Positions 24,803-34,087 of a stretch of DNA of 64,000 bases are shown in pieces (within the stretch, counting starts at the first letter, position 1; every line of letters begins with the position of its first letter). The stretch is from Gemmatimonadales bacterium (lineage in GTDB: Bacteria > Gemmatimonadota > Gemmatimonadetes > Gemmatimonadales > GWC2-71-9). A program made the translations under genes and the position numbers. The DNA lies in contig JBAOHR010000011.1 of NCBI GenBank assembly GCA_037045245.1, forward strand, positions 64,302-128,301. The letters are read 5' to 3'. Below the pieces are notes generated by a model that did no database searches, was not told the origin of the DNA, and saw only the letters and a program-made list of their open reading frames with translations.

Positions 24803-24987
24803 GGGATTCCCCCTGTTGCGTCGTCGGTATGCATCGGTGGACGGCCGCGAGCCGACCCACCACGGTTCAGGGGGTGATACGACGGAGCCCGGCGAATGGT
24901 TGCGCTTCCGATCCCGCCGGGGCCCCGGTGTACCTTTCTGGCTGCCTGACCCCTCGCTGCGCCGATCCATCCTTCTGGAGTTCGCCG

Positions 24988-27024
24988 ATGCGCCGTCTCG
25001 TCCTTGCCGTGGCCCTTGCCGCGCCGCTGTCGCTGGCCGCCCAGGCCAACGTTCCACTTCCGGAACGTGCCGTCCGCCGTGACATCCCGTTGACCAACTC
25101 GATCCGCCGCGCCTTCGCGGCCGGGACCCGCGATTCGACGGGACGGCCGGGCCGGAACTACTGGCAGCTCCGCACGGATTACACCATCCAGGTGCGACTC
25201 GAGCCCGCGACCGGCCGGCTCTATGGCCGCGAATCGGTGGTGATCCACAACCGCTCCGATTCCGCGCTGACGCAGATCGCGCTGCGACTCGATCCGAACA
25301 TCTTCCGCCCGACCGTGCAGCGCGGCGCGTCGGTGCCGGCCGAAACGACGGACGGAATGATCCTCACGAAGGTCGCCGTGAACGGCGTGCCCGCCGATCT
25401 GTCGGCGCAGGCCCCCGGCGGTGGTCGCGGGGCGGGGGGCGCGCCCCCGGCGGCCGGTGGCGCGGTGCGCGTCTCCGGACTCACGCTGACGAATGCGCGC
25501 GTCTCGCTCCCGACGCCGGTGCCGGCGAAGGGCAGCGTCACGCTCGAGATCGAGTGGAACCACAAGCTCCCCGGCGGCCCCGGCGGACAGGGCCACCGGA
25601 TGACGCAGCGCTGGGCCGACACCCTCTTCCAGCCGACCCAGTGGTACCCGCGGGTCGGGAAGTACGACGACCTGCGCGGCTGGGACACCGAGCCCTATCT
25701 CGGCCCCTCCGAGTTCTACAACAACTTCGGCCGCTTCGATGTCTCGATCGACGTGCCCGGCGGCTGGATCGTGAGCGGCACCGGCGTGCTCCAGAATCCC
25801 GACCAGGTGCTCACCTCGACGGCGCGGGCGCGACTCACGAAGGTGCTCGACAGTGACTCGATCATCACGATCGTCGGGCCGGACGAGGCGGGGCCGGGGC
25901 GGGCGACGGCCGCGGGCGACCGACTGACGTGGCGCTTCGTCGCCGACACGGTGAACGACTTCGCGTGGGCCACGGCGAAGCAGTTCGTCTGGAAGGCGAC
26001 GCGCGCGACGATCCCCAATCGGGGCAAGGTCCCGATCCACATGGTCTACCTGCCGGGCAACGCCGGGCTCTTCGCGCGCGCGGGCGAGATCTCGCGCCAC
26101 GCGCTCGAGTTCTACTCGAAGCTCTGGGTGCCGTACGAGTTCCCGCAGTTCACCATGCAGGACGGACCGAGCGCCGGCATGGAATACCCGATGGTGATCA
26201 ACTCGAACCAGGGCGCCGCCGACCACGAGACCGGCCACCAGTGGTGGCCGATGCTGGTGGGGAACAACGAGACGCAGTACGGCTGGATGGACGAGGGCTT
26301 CAACCAGTACATGAACATCCTCTCCGCGGCCGACGCCGCCGGCCGTCCGCCGGTGCTCGACGGGCCGGGCCAGAATTACGGCCGGACCAGCGGCGACGAG
26401 CGCGAGGCGCCGATGATGTGGAGCGCCAACAACGCCGGCCCGATGTACTCGTTCCAGACCTACAGCAAGACGCCGCTCATGCTTTCCATGCTCGGCGGTG
26501 TTGTCGGCAACTCGGCGGTGCAGCGCGCGATGCGCGAATACGCCGCGGCATGGCGCTTCAAGCATCCGTCGCCGTGGGACTACATGTTCTTCATGAACAA
26601 CGCCCTCAAGCGTGACCTCGGCTGGTTCTGGTACTACTGGCTCTTCACCACCGAATCGGTCGATGGCTCGATCGCCTCGGCCACGACGGCCGGGATCCGG
26701 ACCTCGGTGGTCGTGCGCCAGGATGGCGCGATGCCGTCGCCGGTGGTGCTGAAGGTCCAGTTCGCGCCGACCGGGCCGGCCATCCGGCCGATGAAGAACG
26801 CGGTGATGACCGACAGCGCGACCGCGATCGTCACCTACCCGGTCGATGTCTGGTTTGCCGGGAGCCGGACCTTCAAGGCCGACCTGGTCTTCGGGGGGCG
26901 GAAGATCGAGAGGATCACTCTTGATCCGTTCCGTCGATTCCCCGACCGGAACGCCGCGGACAACGTCTGGCCGCGGGCCGACGGCGCCGCGGGCACGGGG
27001 GCCGAGGGGGGTCGTCGTCCCTGA
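24988..27024 (+). CDS. Secreted M1-family zinc metallopeptidase (aminopeptidase N-like)
   Basis: Signal peptide MRRLVLAVALAAPLSLAAQA. GMEYPM exopeptidase-like motif, HETGHQWW (HExxH) and WMDEGFNQY (distal Glu ligand) at M1 spacing. Confidence 0.8.
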   Translation: MRRLVLAVALAAPLSLAAQANVPLPERAVRRDIPLTNSIRRAFAAGTRDSTGRPGRNYWQLRTDYTIQVRLEPATGRLYGRESVVIHNRSDSALTQIALRLDPNIFRPTVQRGASVPAETTDGMILTKVAVNGVPADLSAQAPGGGRGAGGAPPAAGGAVRVSGLTLTNARVSLPTPVPAKGSVTLEIEWNHKLPGGPGGQGHRMTQRWADTLFQPTQWYPRVGKYDDLRGWDTEPYLGPSEFYNNFGRFDVSIDVPGGWIVSGTGVLQNPDQVLTSTARARLTKVLDSDSIITIVGPDEAGPGRATAAGDRLTWRFVADTVNDFAWATAKQFVWKATRATIPNRGKVPIHMVYLPGNAGLFARAGEISRHALEFYSKLWVPYEFPQFTMQDGPSAGMEYPMVINSNQGAADHETGHQWWPMLVGNNETQYGWMDEGFNQYMNILSAADAAGRPPVLDGPGQNYGRTSGDEREAPMMWSANNAGPMYSFQTYSKTPLMLSMLGGVVGNSAVQRAMREYAAAWRFKHPSPWDYMFFMNNALKRDLGWFWYYWLFTTESVDGSIASATTAGIRTSVVVRQDGAMPSPVVLKVQFAPTGPAIRPMKNAVMTDSATAIVTYPVDVWFAGSRTFKADLVFGGRKIERITLDPFRRFPDRNAADNVWPRADGAAGTGAEGGRRP

Positions 27025-27034
27025 ATGAAACGTC

Positions 27035-27055
27035 GAGCCCGCCTTGGGCGGGTTC
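27035..27055 (+). terminator. Hairpin after the M1 peptidase gene
   Basis: GAGCCCGCC-TTG-GGCGGGTTC, a 9-bp stem (one G-U pair) 11 nt after the stop. Confidence 0.45.
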
Positions 27056-27070
27056 GCGGCGGGGAAGGTC

Positions 27071-27099
27071 GGGGTCTGGGGCCAGTCGCCCCAGACCCC
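27071..27099 (+). terminator. Second hairpin (perfect 12-bp stem) upstream of rplM
   Basis: GGGGTCTGGGGC-CAGTC-GCCCCAGACCCC. Confidence 0.45.
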
Positions 27100-27116
27100 G
27101 ATCGCCGTTCAATGGC

Positions 27117-27146
27117 TTGACCCAACCCCTTACCAGCCGCTAGCTT
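27117..27146 (+). promoter_or_regulatory. Possible sigma-70-type promoter of rplM-rpsI
   Basis: TTGACC, 18-nt spacer, TAGCTT, about 55 nt upstream of the rplM ATG. Eye match only. Confidence 0.3.
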
Positions 27147-27199
27147 TGGGGTCTGTCTCCGAAGTGGCCTTTTTGTCCGGTGCCAAGGAAAAGTCAGGA

Positions 27200-27649
27200 A
27201 TGAAGACGTATACGCAGAAGCAGAGCGAGCTCCAGCACGACTGGATCCTGGTCGACGCGACCGACATCCCGCTCGGGCGCCTCGCCAGCCATGTCGCGCA
27301 GCTCATTCGCGGCAAGCACAAGCCGACCTTCACCCCGCACATGGACGGCGGCGATTTCGTCATCGTCACCAATGCGTCGAAGGTGAAGCTGACCGGCCGC
27401 AAGGCGTCGCAGAAGGAATACTTCCGCCACACCGGCTACATGGGCCACGACCGCTACACGGTCGCGGCGGACCTGCTCGCGAAGCACCCGGATCGGGTGA
27501 TCGAGAAGGCCGTCTTCGGCATGCTGCCGAAGAACTCCCTCGCCAAGCAGAAGCTCCGCACCAAGCTGAAGGTGTACGGCGGCGCCGAGCACCCGCACGA
27601 GGCGCAGCAGCCGAAGCCGTTCACCATCGACACCGCGAAGGCCAACTGA
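27200..27649 (+). CDS. rplM: 50S ribosomal protein L13
   Basis: MKTYTQKQSELQHDWILVDATDIPLGRLASHVAQLIRGKHKPTFTPHMDGGDFVIV... is canonical L13. Confidence 0.95.
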   Translation: MKTYTQKQSELQHDWILVDATDIPLGRLASHVAQLIRGKHKPTFTPHMDGGDFVIVTNASKVKLTGRKASQKEYFRHTGYMGHDRYTVAADLLAKHPDRVIEKAVFGMLPKNSLAKQKLRTKLKVYGGAEHPHEAQQPKPFTIDTAKAN

Positions 27650-28050
27650 TGAGCGAGACCCCGGAACTCCGCTGGCAGGCCGTCGGCCGCCGCAAGACGT
27701 CCGTCGCCCGCGTCTACCTGACGCCGGGCACCGGCAAGTGGGACGTGAACGGCCGCACGCTGGGCGACTACTTCCCGCGTCCGTCGCTGGTGCAGCACAT
27801 CCAGCAGTCGTTCACGGCGACCGACTCGCTCGGGTCGTACGACGTGAAGGCGCACGTGGACGGCGGCGGCGTCAGCGGCCAGGCCGGCGCGATGCGGCAC
27901 GCGATCGCCCGCGCGCTCTGCAAGGTCGACGAACTGAACCGCCCGAAGCTCCGCACCGCCGGCCTGCTGACGCGTGACCCGCGCGCGGTCGAGCGGAAGA
28001 AGCCGGGCCGGCCGGGCGCCCGCAAGCGCTTCCAGTTCTCGAAGCGGTAG
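27649..28050 (+). CDS. rpsI: 30S ribosomal protein S9
   Basis: ...GGGVSGQAGAMRHAIARAL...LLTRDPRAVERKKPGRPGARKRFQFSKR is the canonical S9 C-terminus. Confidence 0.95.
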   Translation: MSETPELRWQAVGRRKTSVARVYLTPGTGKWDVNGRTLGDYFPRPSLVQHIQQSFTATDSLGSYDVKAHVDGGGVSGQAGAMRHAIARALCKVDELNRPKLRTAGLLTRDPRAVERKKPGRPGARKRFQFSKR

Positions 28051-28060
28051 GATCGGCAGC

Positions 28061-28088
28061 GCAGGGGCGAGGCCTGCCTCGCCCTTGC
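28061..28088 (+). terminator. Terminator hairpin after rpsI
   Basis: GCAGGGGCGAGG-CCTG-CCTCGCCCTTGC, a 12-bp stem with one G-U pair. Confidence 0.55.
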
Positions 28089-28249
28089 GGCGCCACCCGT
28101 CATGGCCGAACGCACCGGCCGCACCATACGCCCGCGCCACGATGGCCGGGTGACACACGCCTCCCGATCGGCGCGAGCGGTGCCCCCGTGGCACTCGCGT
28201 TGAAGCGACGGAGCGCGGCGGATCAACCAGACCCAAGGAGTTACCGTTC

Positions 28250-29128
28250 GTGGCGACACCCACCCTGCAGGAACTGCTCGAGGCCGGCACCCATTTCGGC
28301 CACCAGACCCGTCGCTGGAACCCGAAGATGCGCAAGTTCATCTTCGCCGAGCGCTCGGGCATCTACCTGATCGACCTCCAGAAGACCCTGAAGCAGCTCA
28401 CCACCGCCGCGGAGCTCCTCAAGAGCGTCGCGCTGCGGGGCGAGAACGTGCTCTTCGTCTGCACCAAGCGCCAGCTCAAGGCGGTGGTCGAGGCCGAGGC
28501 CCGCAACGCCGGGGCGCACTGGGTGAACGAGCGCTGGCTCGGTGGCACGCTCACGAACTTCCAGACCATCAAGAAGCAGATCCGTCGCCTCCGCGACCTC
28601 GAGCAGGGTGCCGCCGAGGGCGACTTCGAGAACTACACGAAGAAGGAGCAGCTGCTGTTCTCGCGTGAGCGCGAGAAGCTCTCCCGCAACCTCGAAGGCA
28701 TCAAGATGATGAACCGCCTGCCGGGCGCGCTCTTCATCGTCGATGCGAAGAAGGAGAAGATCGCGATCCAGGAGGCCAACCGCCTCGGGATTCCGGTCGT
28801 GGCGATCGTCGACACCAACGCCGATCCCGATCCCATCACCGTGCCGATTCCGGGCAACGACGACGCGATCCGCTCGGTCTCGCTGATCACGGGCGCGCTG
28901 TGCGATGCGCTCCGCGAGGCGCGGGCCCAGATGCCGGTGCGCGGCGACGGCTCGGCCGCCGACGACGAGGGCGAGACCTTCTCGGCCGGTGAAGGCGACG
29001 GCGCGTCGGATGACGATCGCAAGCGCCGGCGCCCGCGCCGCAAGCGCAAGGCGCGTCCGGAGGCGATTGCCGCCCGGCTCAAGCAGGATCCCGCGGCTCC
29101 TTCCGAGGGCGGCGACGCAGGCGCCTGA
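28250..29128 (+). CDS. rpsB: 30S ribosomal protein S2 (with a charged C-terminal extension)
   Basis: GTG start with an AAGGAG RBS. LLEAGTHFGHQTRRWNPKMRKFIF..RSGIYLIDLQKT is canonical S2. Confidence 0.95.
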   Translation: MATPTLQELLEAGTHFGHQTRRWNPKMRKFIFAERSGIYLIDLQKTLKQLTTAAELLKSVALRGENVLFVCTKRQLKAVVEAEARNAGAHWVNERWLGGTLTNFQTIKKQIRRLRDLEQGAAEGDFENYTKKEQLLFSREREKLSRNLEGIKMMNRLPGALFIVDAKKEKIAIQEANRLGIPVVAIVDTNADPDPITVPIPGNDDAIRSVSLITGALCDALREARAQMPVRGDGSAADDEGETFSAGEGDGASDDDRKRRRPRRKRKARPEAIAARLKQDPAAPSEGGDAGA

Positions 29129-29152
29129 CCCGGACCGACCGGATCATGCGCG

Positions 29153-29192
29153 AACCGCCGCCCCGCGGGCCCACGGGCCCGGGGCGGCGGTT
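29153..29192 (+). terminator. Strong hairpin between rpsB and tsf (attenuator or terminator-like)
   Basis: Perfect 13-bp outer stem AACCGCCGCCCCG / CGGGGCGGCGGTT, followed by T. Confidence 0.45.
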
Positions 29193-29226
29193 TCACACAG
29201 GGACTTGAACACTTCAGCAGGCGGCG

Positions 29227-30075
29227 ATGAGCTCGATGACGATCAGCACCAAGGACATTTCGGAACTGCGCGCCCGTACCGGCGCCGGGATGATGGATTG
29301 CAAGAAGGCGCTCGAGGAGGCCAACGGCGACATGGCGCTCGCCTCGGAACTCCTGCGCAAGAAGGGGATCGCGAAGGCCGAGAAGCGCGCCGGCCGTGAC
29401 GCCTCGCAGGGCCTCGTCGTGATCGAGGCGGCCGCGGATGGTTCGCTCGGCGCGATGGTCGAGCTCAACTGCGAGACCGACTTCGTGGCCCGCAACGAGG
29501 ACTTCCTCGCGCTCGCCAAGAAGCTCGCCGCGCACGCGCTGGCGACCTCTCCGGTCGGCGTCTCGCTCGAGGGCTTCCTTGCCGAAACGATGGACGGCAC
29601 CACGATCGAGGAAGTCGTCAAGCTCGCGTCCGGCAAGACCGGCGAGGCCGTCTCGGTGAAGCGCGTCGCGAAGTTCGGCGGCGCCGTCGGCGAGTACCGC
29701 CACTTCAACGGCCAGGTCGGCGTGCTGGTCGAGGTCGCCGGCGTGACCGGTGAGGCCGCGCTCGCGCTCGCCCGCGAGGTCGCGCTGCACATCGCCTCGG
29801 CCGACCCGATCGCCGTCAGCACCAGCGACATCCCGGCCGAGCTGCTCGACCGCGAGCGCCGGATCGCCGAGGAGCAGGTCGCGGCCGAAGGGAAGCCCGA
29901 GGCCATCCGCGCGAAGATCGTCGACGGCAAGGTGAAGAAGTTCGCCGCCGATCGCGCGCTGCTCGAGCAGCCGTTCATCAAGGACGAGTCGGTCACGGTC
30001 GGGGCGATGGTGGCCCGCCTGCCCGGCGCGTCGGTGGTCCGCTTCGCCCGCTTCAAGGTCGGCGAGGCCGTCTGA
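29227..30075 (+). CDS. tsf: Translation elongation factor Ts
   Basis: ISELRARTGAGMMDCKKALEEANGDM..A.ELLRKKG is the UBA-like N-terminus; LNCETDFVARNEDF is the core motif. Confidence 0.95.
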   Translation: MSSMTISTKDISELRARTGAGMMDCKKALEEANGDMALASELLRKKGIAKAEKRAGRDASQGLVVIEAAADGSLGAMVELNCETDFVARNEDFLALAKKLAAHALATSPVGVSLEGFLAETMDGTTIEEVVKLASGKTGEAVSVKRVAKFGGAVGEYRHFNGQVGVLVEVAGVTGEAALALAREVALHIASADPIAVSTSDIPAELLDRERRIAEEQVAAEGKPEAIRAKIVDGKVKKFAADRALLEQPFIKDESVTVGAMVARLPGASVVRFARFKVGEAV

Positions 30076-30785
30076 TGGCCCTCGCCTACCGCCGGGCCCT
30101 GCTGAAGCTCTCCGGTGAGGCGCTGGCCGGAGGGAAGGGGGGTGGCCTCGACTACCAGGTGGTCGAGGCGCTCGCCGAGGAAATCAAGAAGGTGCATTCC
30201 CTCGGCGTGCACCTCGGGGTCGTGGTGGGTGGCGGCAACATCATCCGCGGGGCGATGGCGAGCCGGGAAGGGCTCGACCGCGTCTCGGCGGACTACATGG
30301 GGATGCTCGCGACGGTGATCAACGCCCTCGCGCTGCAGAACGTCCTCGAGGGCCTCGGCGTCGAGACCCGCGTGATGACGGCGATCCGCATGGAGTCGCT
30401 CGCCGAGCCCTACATCCGTCGCCGGATGATGCGACACTTCGAGAAGGGCCGCCTGGTGATCTTCGCCGGCGGCACCGGCAACCCGTACTTCTCGACCGAC
30501 ACCGCGGCCGTGCTGCGCGCGCTCGAGATGGAAGCCGAGGTCGTGCTGAAGGCGACCAACGTCGACGGCGTCTACACCGCCGATCCGCGCACCGACCCGG
30601 CGGCGACGCTGCTCCCCGAGCTGACCTTCCAGGACGCGCTGGTCAACGGGTATGCGGTGATGGACGCCAACGCCTTCGGCCTCTGCCAGGCGAACGCGCT
30701 GCCGATCGTCGTCCTCAACATCAATCAGCCCGACACCATCCTGCGCGTCCTGCATGGTGACCGGGTCGGGACTCTCGTCCGATGA
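30075..30785 (+). CDS. pyrH: UMP kinase
   Basis: YRRALLKLSGEALAG...VVGGGNIIRG...IFAGGTGNPYFSTDTAA.LRA.E. Confidence 0.95.
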   Translation: MALAYRRALLKLSGEALAGGKGGGLDYQVVEALAEEIKKVHSLGVHLGVVVGGGNIIRGAMASREGLDRVSADYMGMLATVINALALQNVLEGLGVETRVMTAIRMESLAEPYIRRRMMRHFEKGRLVIFAGGTGNPYFSTDTAAVLRALEMEAEVVLKATNVDGVYTADPRTDPAATLLPELTFQDALVNGYAVMDANAFGLCQANALPIVVLNINQPDTILRVLHGDRVGTLVR

Positions 30786-31333
30786 CCAGCCAGGAAATCG
30801 TCAAGGCCGCCCGCGAGGGGATGCAGAAGGCGGTCGAGAACACCCGCCGCGAGCTCAGCGGCATCCGCTCCGGCAAGGCGACCACCAACCTGCTCGACAC
30901 CGTGCGCGTCGAGGCCTACGGCTCCGCGGTGCCGCTCAACCAGGTCGCGATGGTCACCGCCCCCGAGCCGCGGATGCTCGTGGTCCAGCCGTTCGACAAG
31001 AGCCTCGCGATCGCGATCGACAAGGCGATCCGCGACGCGAACCTCGGCCTCAATCCGCAGAGCCAGGGGCAGATGATCCGCGTGCCGCTCCCGATGCTCT
31101 CCGAGGAGCGCCGCAAGGAGCTCGTGAAGATCTGCGCCCGCCTCAGCGAGGAGGGCCGGGTCGCTGTGCGCCAGGCGCGCACCGACGCGATGGCCAAGAT
31201 CAAGAAGCTCGAGAAGGTCCCCGAGGACGAGAAGACCCGCGCCGAGAAGGACGTGCAGAAGCACACCGACGAGGCGAGCAAGCAGGTGGACGAATTGCTG
31301 AAGGCGAAGGAAGCCGAGATCCTCGCCGTGTGA
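30782..31333 (+). CDS. frr: Ribosome recycling factor
   Basis: ..ELSGIRSGKATTNLLD.V.VEAYGS..PLNQVA....PEPRMLVVQPFDKS...IRVPLP.LSEERRKELVK. Confidence 0.95.
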   Translation: MTSQEIVKAAREGMQKAVENTRRELSGIRSGKATTNLLDTVRVEAYGSAVPLNQVAMVTAPEPRMLVVQPFDKSLAIAIDKAIRDANLGLNPQSQGQMIRVPLPMLSEERRKELVKICARLSEEGRVAVRQARTDAMAKIKKLEKVPEDEKTRAEKDVQKHTDEASKQVDELLKAKEAEILAV

Positions 31334-31341
31334 CCGCCGCC

Positions 31342-32079
31342 ATGCCGACGCTCCTCGACCAGTTGCGCCTCCACGGCGCGGTCCCGCGGCATGTCGCCAT
31401 CATCATGGATGGCAACGGTCGCTGGGCGCAGGAGCGCGGCCTTGGCCGGCCCGCCGGGCACCAGGCCGGGATGCGCTCGGTGCGCGAGGCGGTCGAAGGC
31501 TGCCTCGCTGCCGGGGTCGAGGTCCTGACGCTGTTCGCCTTCTCGCAGGAAAACTGGCAGCGCCCCCCCGCCGAAATCGATGCGCTGATGTCGCTCCTCG
31601 AGGAGTACATCGCCAAGGAAGCCGCCGAGCTGCGCGAGCAGGGGGTCTCGGTGCGGATGCTCGGCGACCTCGAGCGGCTCTCCCCCTCGGCCCGCGCGGC
31701 GGTCGACCACATCGAGTCGAGCACGGCCGGCGGCACCAGGCTCGCCCTCAACATCTGCATCTCCTACTCGGCCCGTGCCGAGATCGTGCGCGCCGTGCGC
31801 CAGCTGGCGGAGCGGGTGCGCGAGGGGACGCTGACGCCCGACGCGATCGAGGAACGCGATGTCACCGCCGAGCTGTACACGGCAGAGTGGCCCGATCCCG
31901 ACCTGATCATCCGGACCTCGGGCGAGATGCGCGTGTCGAACTTTCTCCTTTGGCAGATGGCGTACGCCGAGCTGCACGTGACGCCGGTGCTCTGGCCCGA
32001 CTTCACGCGCAACACCCTCTACGCTGCCCTCCTCGACTTCCAGGGACGCGATCGGCGCTTCGGCCGCGTGAGCAGCTGA
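31342..32079 (+). CDS. uppS: Isoprenyl transferase (undecaprenyl diphosphate synthase)
   Basis: PRHVAIIMDGNGRWAQERG..R..GH.AG...V.....C...GVEVLTLFAFSQENWQRP..E; C-terminal RTSGEMRVSNFLLWQ.AYAEL and RRFG. Confidence 0.9.
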   Translation: MPTLLDQLRLHGAVPRHVAIIMDGNGRWAQERGLGRPAGHQAGMRSVREAVEGCLAAGVEVLTLFAFSQENWQRPPAEIDALMSLLEEYIAKEAAELREQGVSVRMLGDLERLSPSARAAVDHIESSTAGGTRLALNICISYSARAEIVRAVRQLAERVREGTLTPDAIEERDVTAELYTAEWPDPDLIIRTSGEMRVSNFLLWQMAYAELHVTPVLWPDFTRNTLYAALLDFQGRDRRFGRVSS

Positions 32080-32087
32080 GCGTGGCG

Positions 32088-32954
32088 ATGGACGCCAATC
32101 TGGTCAAACGGATTGCCTTTGCCGCCGTCGCGATCCCGCTCGCGATCGGCCTCGTCTGGCTGGGTGGCTGGCCGCTTGCCGCGCTGGTCGCGTTGATCGG
32201 CGCGCTCGGCACCCGCGAACTCTTCGACATCGCCGCGAAGCAGGGTGTGCACCCATTCCGCGCCACCGGCATGGCCGCCGCGGCGATCGGCCCCCTGCTC
32301 GTGTATCACGCCGTCGCCGACGCCCCGGGCCGCGCGCTGCTCGACGCCAACTGGGTCTTCCTCGCGGCCGGCTTCCTCATCCTGCTCCTCGTCCACGCGC
32401 TGCAGCATCGTGCGCCGACGGAGCGGCCGCTGGCTGCGGTGGCGGTCACCGCCTTTGCCGTCTGCTACGCCGGCTTGCTCCCCGCCTTCCTGCTCGGCAT
32501 TCGCCACGGCACCTGGCCGATGCGGTCGTGGGCCGGCACCGCGCTGGTCTTCTTCCCGCTCGTCGTGACCTGGGTGTGCGACACCGCGGCGATGTTCGGC
32601 GGGCGCGCGTTCGGCGGTCCCAAGCTCGCCCCGACGATCTCGCCCGGGAAGACGCGCTCCGGTGGCATCGCCGGCGTCGTCGGTGGCGCCGCGGTGGCGC
32701 CGGTGTTCGCACTCTGGCTCTTGCCGAAGGCCGGCATCGAGGTCGGTGTCCTGCCCGCGGTCGGCATGGCGATCGCACTCTCGGTCATCGGCCAGCTCGG
32801 CGACCTCGCCGAGTCGCTCTTCAAGCGCGAGGCCGGCGTCAAGGATTCGTCGGCGTTGATTCCGGGACACGGCGGGGTCCTCGATCGCTTTGACTCGCTC
32901 TACGTCATCCTCCCCACCGCGGCACTCTGCTATCGCCTGATGGGCGTGCTGTGA
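32088..32954 (+). CDS. cdsA: Phosphatidate cytidylyltransferase
   Basis: Polytopic membrane protein with the C-terminal signature SPGKTRSGGIAGVVGG...GQLGDLAESLFKREAGVKDSSALIPGHGGVLDRFDS. Confidence 0.85.
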   Translation: MDANLVKRIAFAAVAIPLAIGLVWLGGWPLAALVALIGALGTRELFDIAAKQGVHPFRATGMAAAAIGPLLVYHAVADAPGRALLDANWVFLAAGFLILLLVHALQHRAPTERPLAAVAVTAFAVCYAGLLPAFLLGIRHGTWPMRSWAGTALVFFPLVVTWVCDTAAMFGGRAFGGPKLAPTISPGKTRSGGIAGVVGGAAVAPVFALWLLPKAGIEVGVLPAVGMAIALSVIGQLGDLAESLFKREAGVKDSSALIPGHGGVLDRFDSLYVILPTAALCYRLMGVL

Positions 32955-34087
32955 GCACCCCGCTGGCCGCCCCGCGTGGCGTCGCGTTGCTCGGCTCGAC
33001 CGGCTCGATCGGGGAGAGCACGCTCCGCGTCCTGAAACGCCACCCGGATGAGTTCCGTCTGGTGGCGCTGGTCACCGGCTCGAACGTCTCCGGGTTGTCG
33101 GCGCAGGCGACCGAGTGGGCGCCTGGCTTCGTCGGCGTCGTGAACGGCCGCGAGGCGCACCAGTGGGCGAGCGGCCCGCAGTGCCTGGTCGATGCGGCGA
33201 CCCATCCGGATGTCGAGATCGTGGTGAACGCCGTGGTGGGCGCCGCCGGACTCGAGGCCACGCTCGCCGCGCTGCGCGCCGGCAAGCGGGTCGCGCTGGC
33301 CAACAAGGAGACGCTGGTGATGGCCGGGCCACTGGTGGCCGCGGCCGCCGCCGCCGGGGGCGGGGAACTGGTCCCCGTCGATTCCGAGCACAGCGCCGTG
33401 CTGCAGTGCATCGTGGCGCAGGGGGCCGCGCCGTCCCGGATCATCCTCACCGCCTCCGGCGGGCCGTTCCGGACCTGGGAGCACGAGGCGATCGCCGGGG
33501 CCACGGTCGACCAGGCGCTGAATCATCCGACGTGGCGCATGGGCGCCAAGATCACGGTCGATTCGGCGACGCTGGCGAACAAGGCCCTCGAATTGATCGA
33601 GGCGCACTTCCTCTTCGGGCTGGGGTATGATGCCCTCGAGGCGGTCGTGCACCCGCAGAGCATTGTCCATGCATTTGTCGAGTTCCCGGACGGGAGCGTG
33701 CTGGCGCAAGTCGGTTTCCCGTCGATGGAGGTTCCGATCCTGTACGCCCTGACCCACCCGACCCGACTCGCCGACAGCGGCGTGCGGCGCTTCGACCCCG
33801 TGGCCGCCGGTCCGCTCACCTTCGAGCCGGTGCGCCGCGATGCCTTCCGTGCCTTCGAGCTCGGCGTGGCCGCCGGGCGCGCCGGGGGCACGGCGCCGGC
33901 GGTGTTCAACGCCGCCAATGAGGTCGCCGTCGCGGCCTTTCTCGACCGGCGCGTCACCTTCGGCGGCATCGCCGACGTGATCGCGCGGACCCTTGACCTG
34001 CACCAGGTGCAGGCGGCGTCGTCGGTCGAGGTGGTGCAGGGCGCCGATGCCGAAGCGCGTCGCGTGGCGGCCGAGGGGATCGCGTGA
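32951..34087 (+). CDS. dxr: 1-deoxy-D-xylulose 5-phosphate reductoisomerase
   Basis: GVALLGSTGSIGESTL.V...P..F......TG.N; LANKE..V..G; DSEHSA..QC; NHPTW.MG.KITVDSATL.NK.LE.IEA..LF. Confidence 0.95.
   Translation: MSTPLAAPRGVALLGSTGSIGESTLRVLKRHPDEFRLVALVTGSNVSGLSAQATEWAPGFVGVVNGREAHQWASGPQCLVDAATHPDVEIVVNAVVGAAGLEATLAALRAGKRVALANKETLVMAGPLVAAAAAAGGGELVPVDSEHSAVLQCIVAQGAAPSRIILTASGGPFRTWEHEAIAGATVDQALNHPTWRMGAKITVDSATLANKALELIEAHFLFGLGYDALEAVVHPQSIVHAFVEFPDGSVLAQVGFPSMEVPILYALTHPTRLADSGVRRFDPVAAGPLTFEPVRRDAFRAFELGVAAGRAGGTAPAVFNAANEVAVAAFLDRRVTFGGIADVIARTLDLHQVQAASSVEVVQGADAEARRVAAEGIA

Noticed and set aside
27024-28250. Structured ribosomal-protein leader RNAs upstream of rplM and rpsB.
   Set aside because: Hairpins are present (27071..27099 and others), but I cannot match them by eye to the known L13 or S2 leader motifs. 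They are equally well explained as terminators of the upstream genes. A covariance-model (Rfam) search would be needed.
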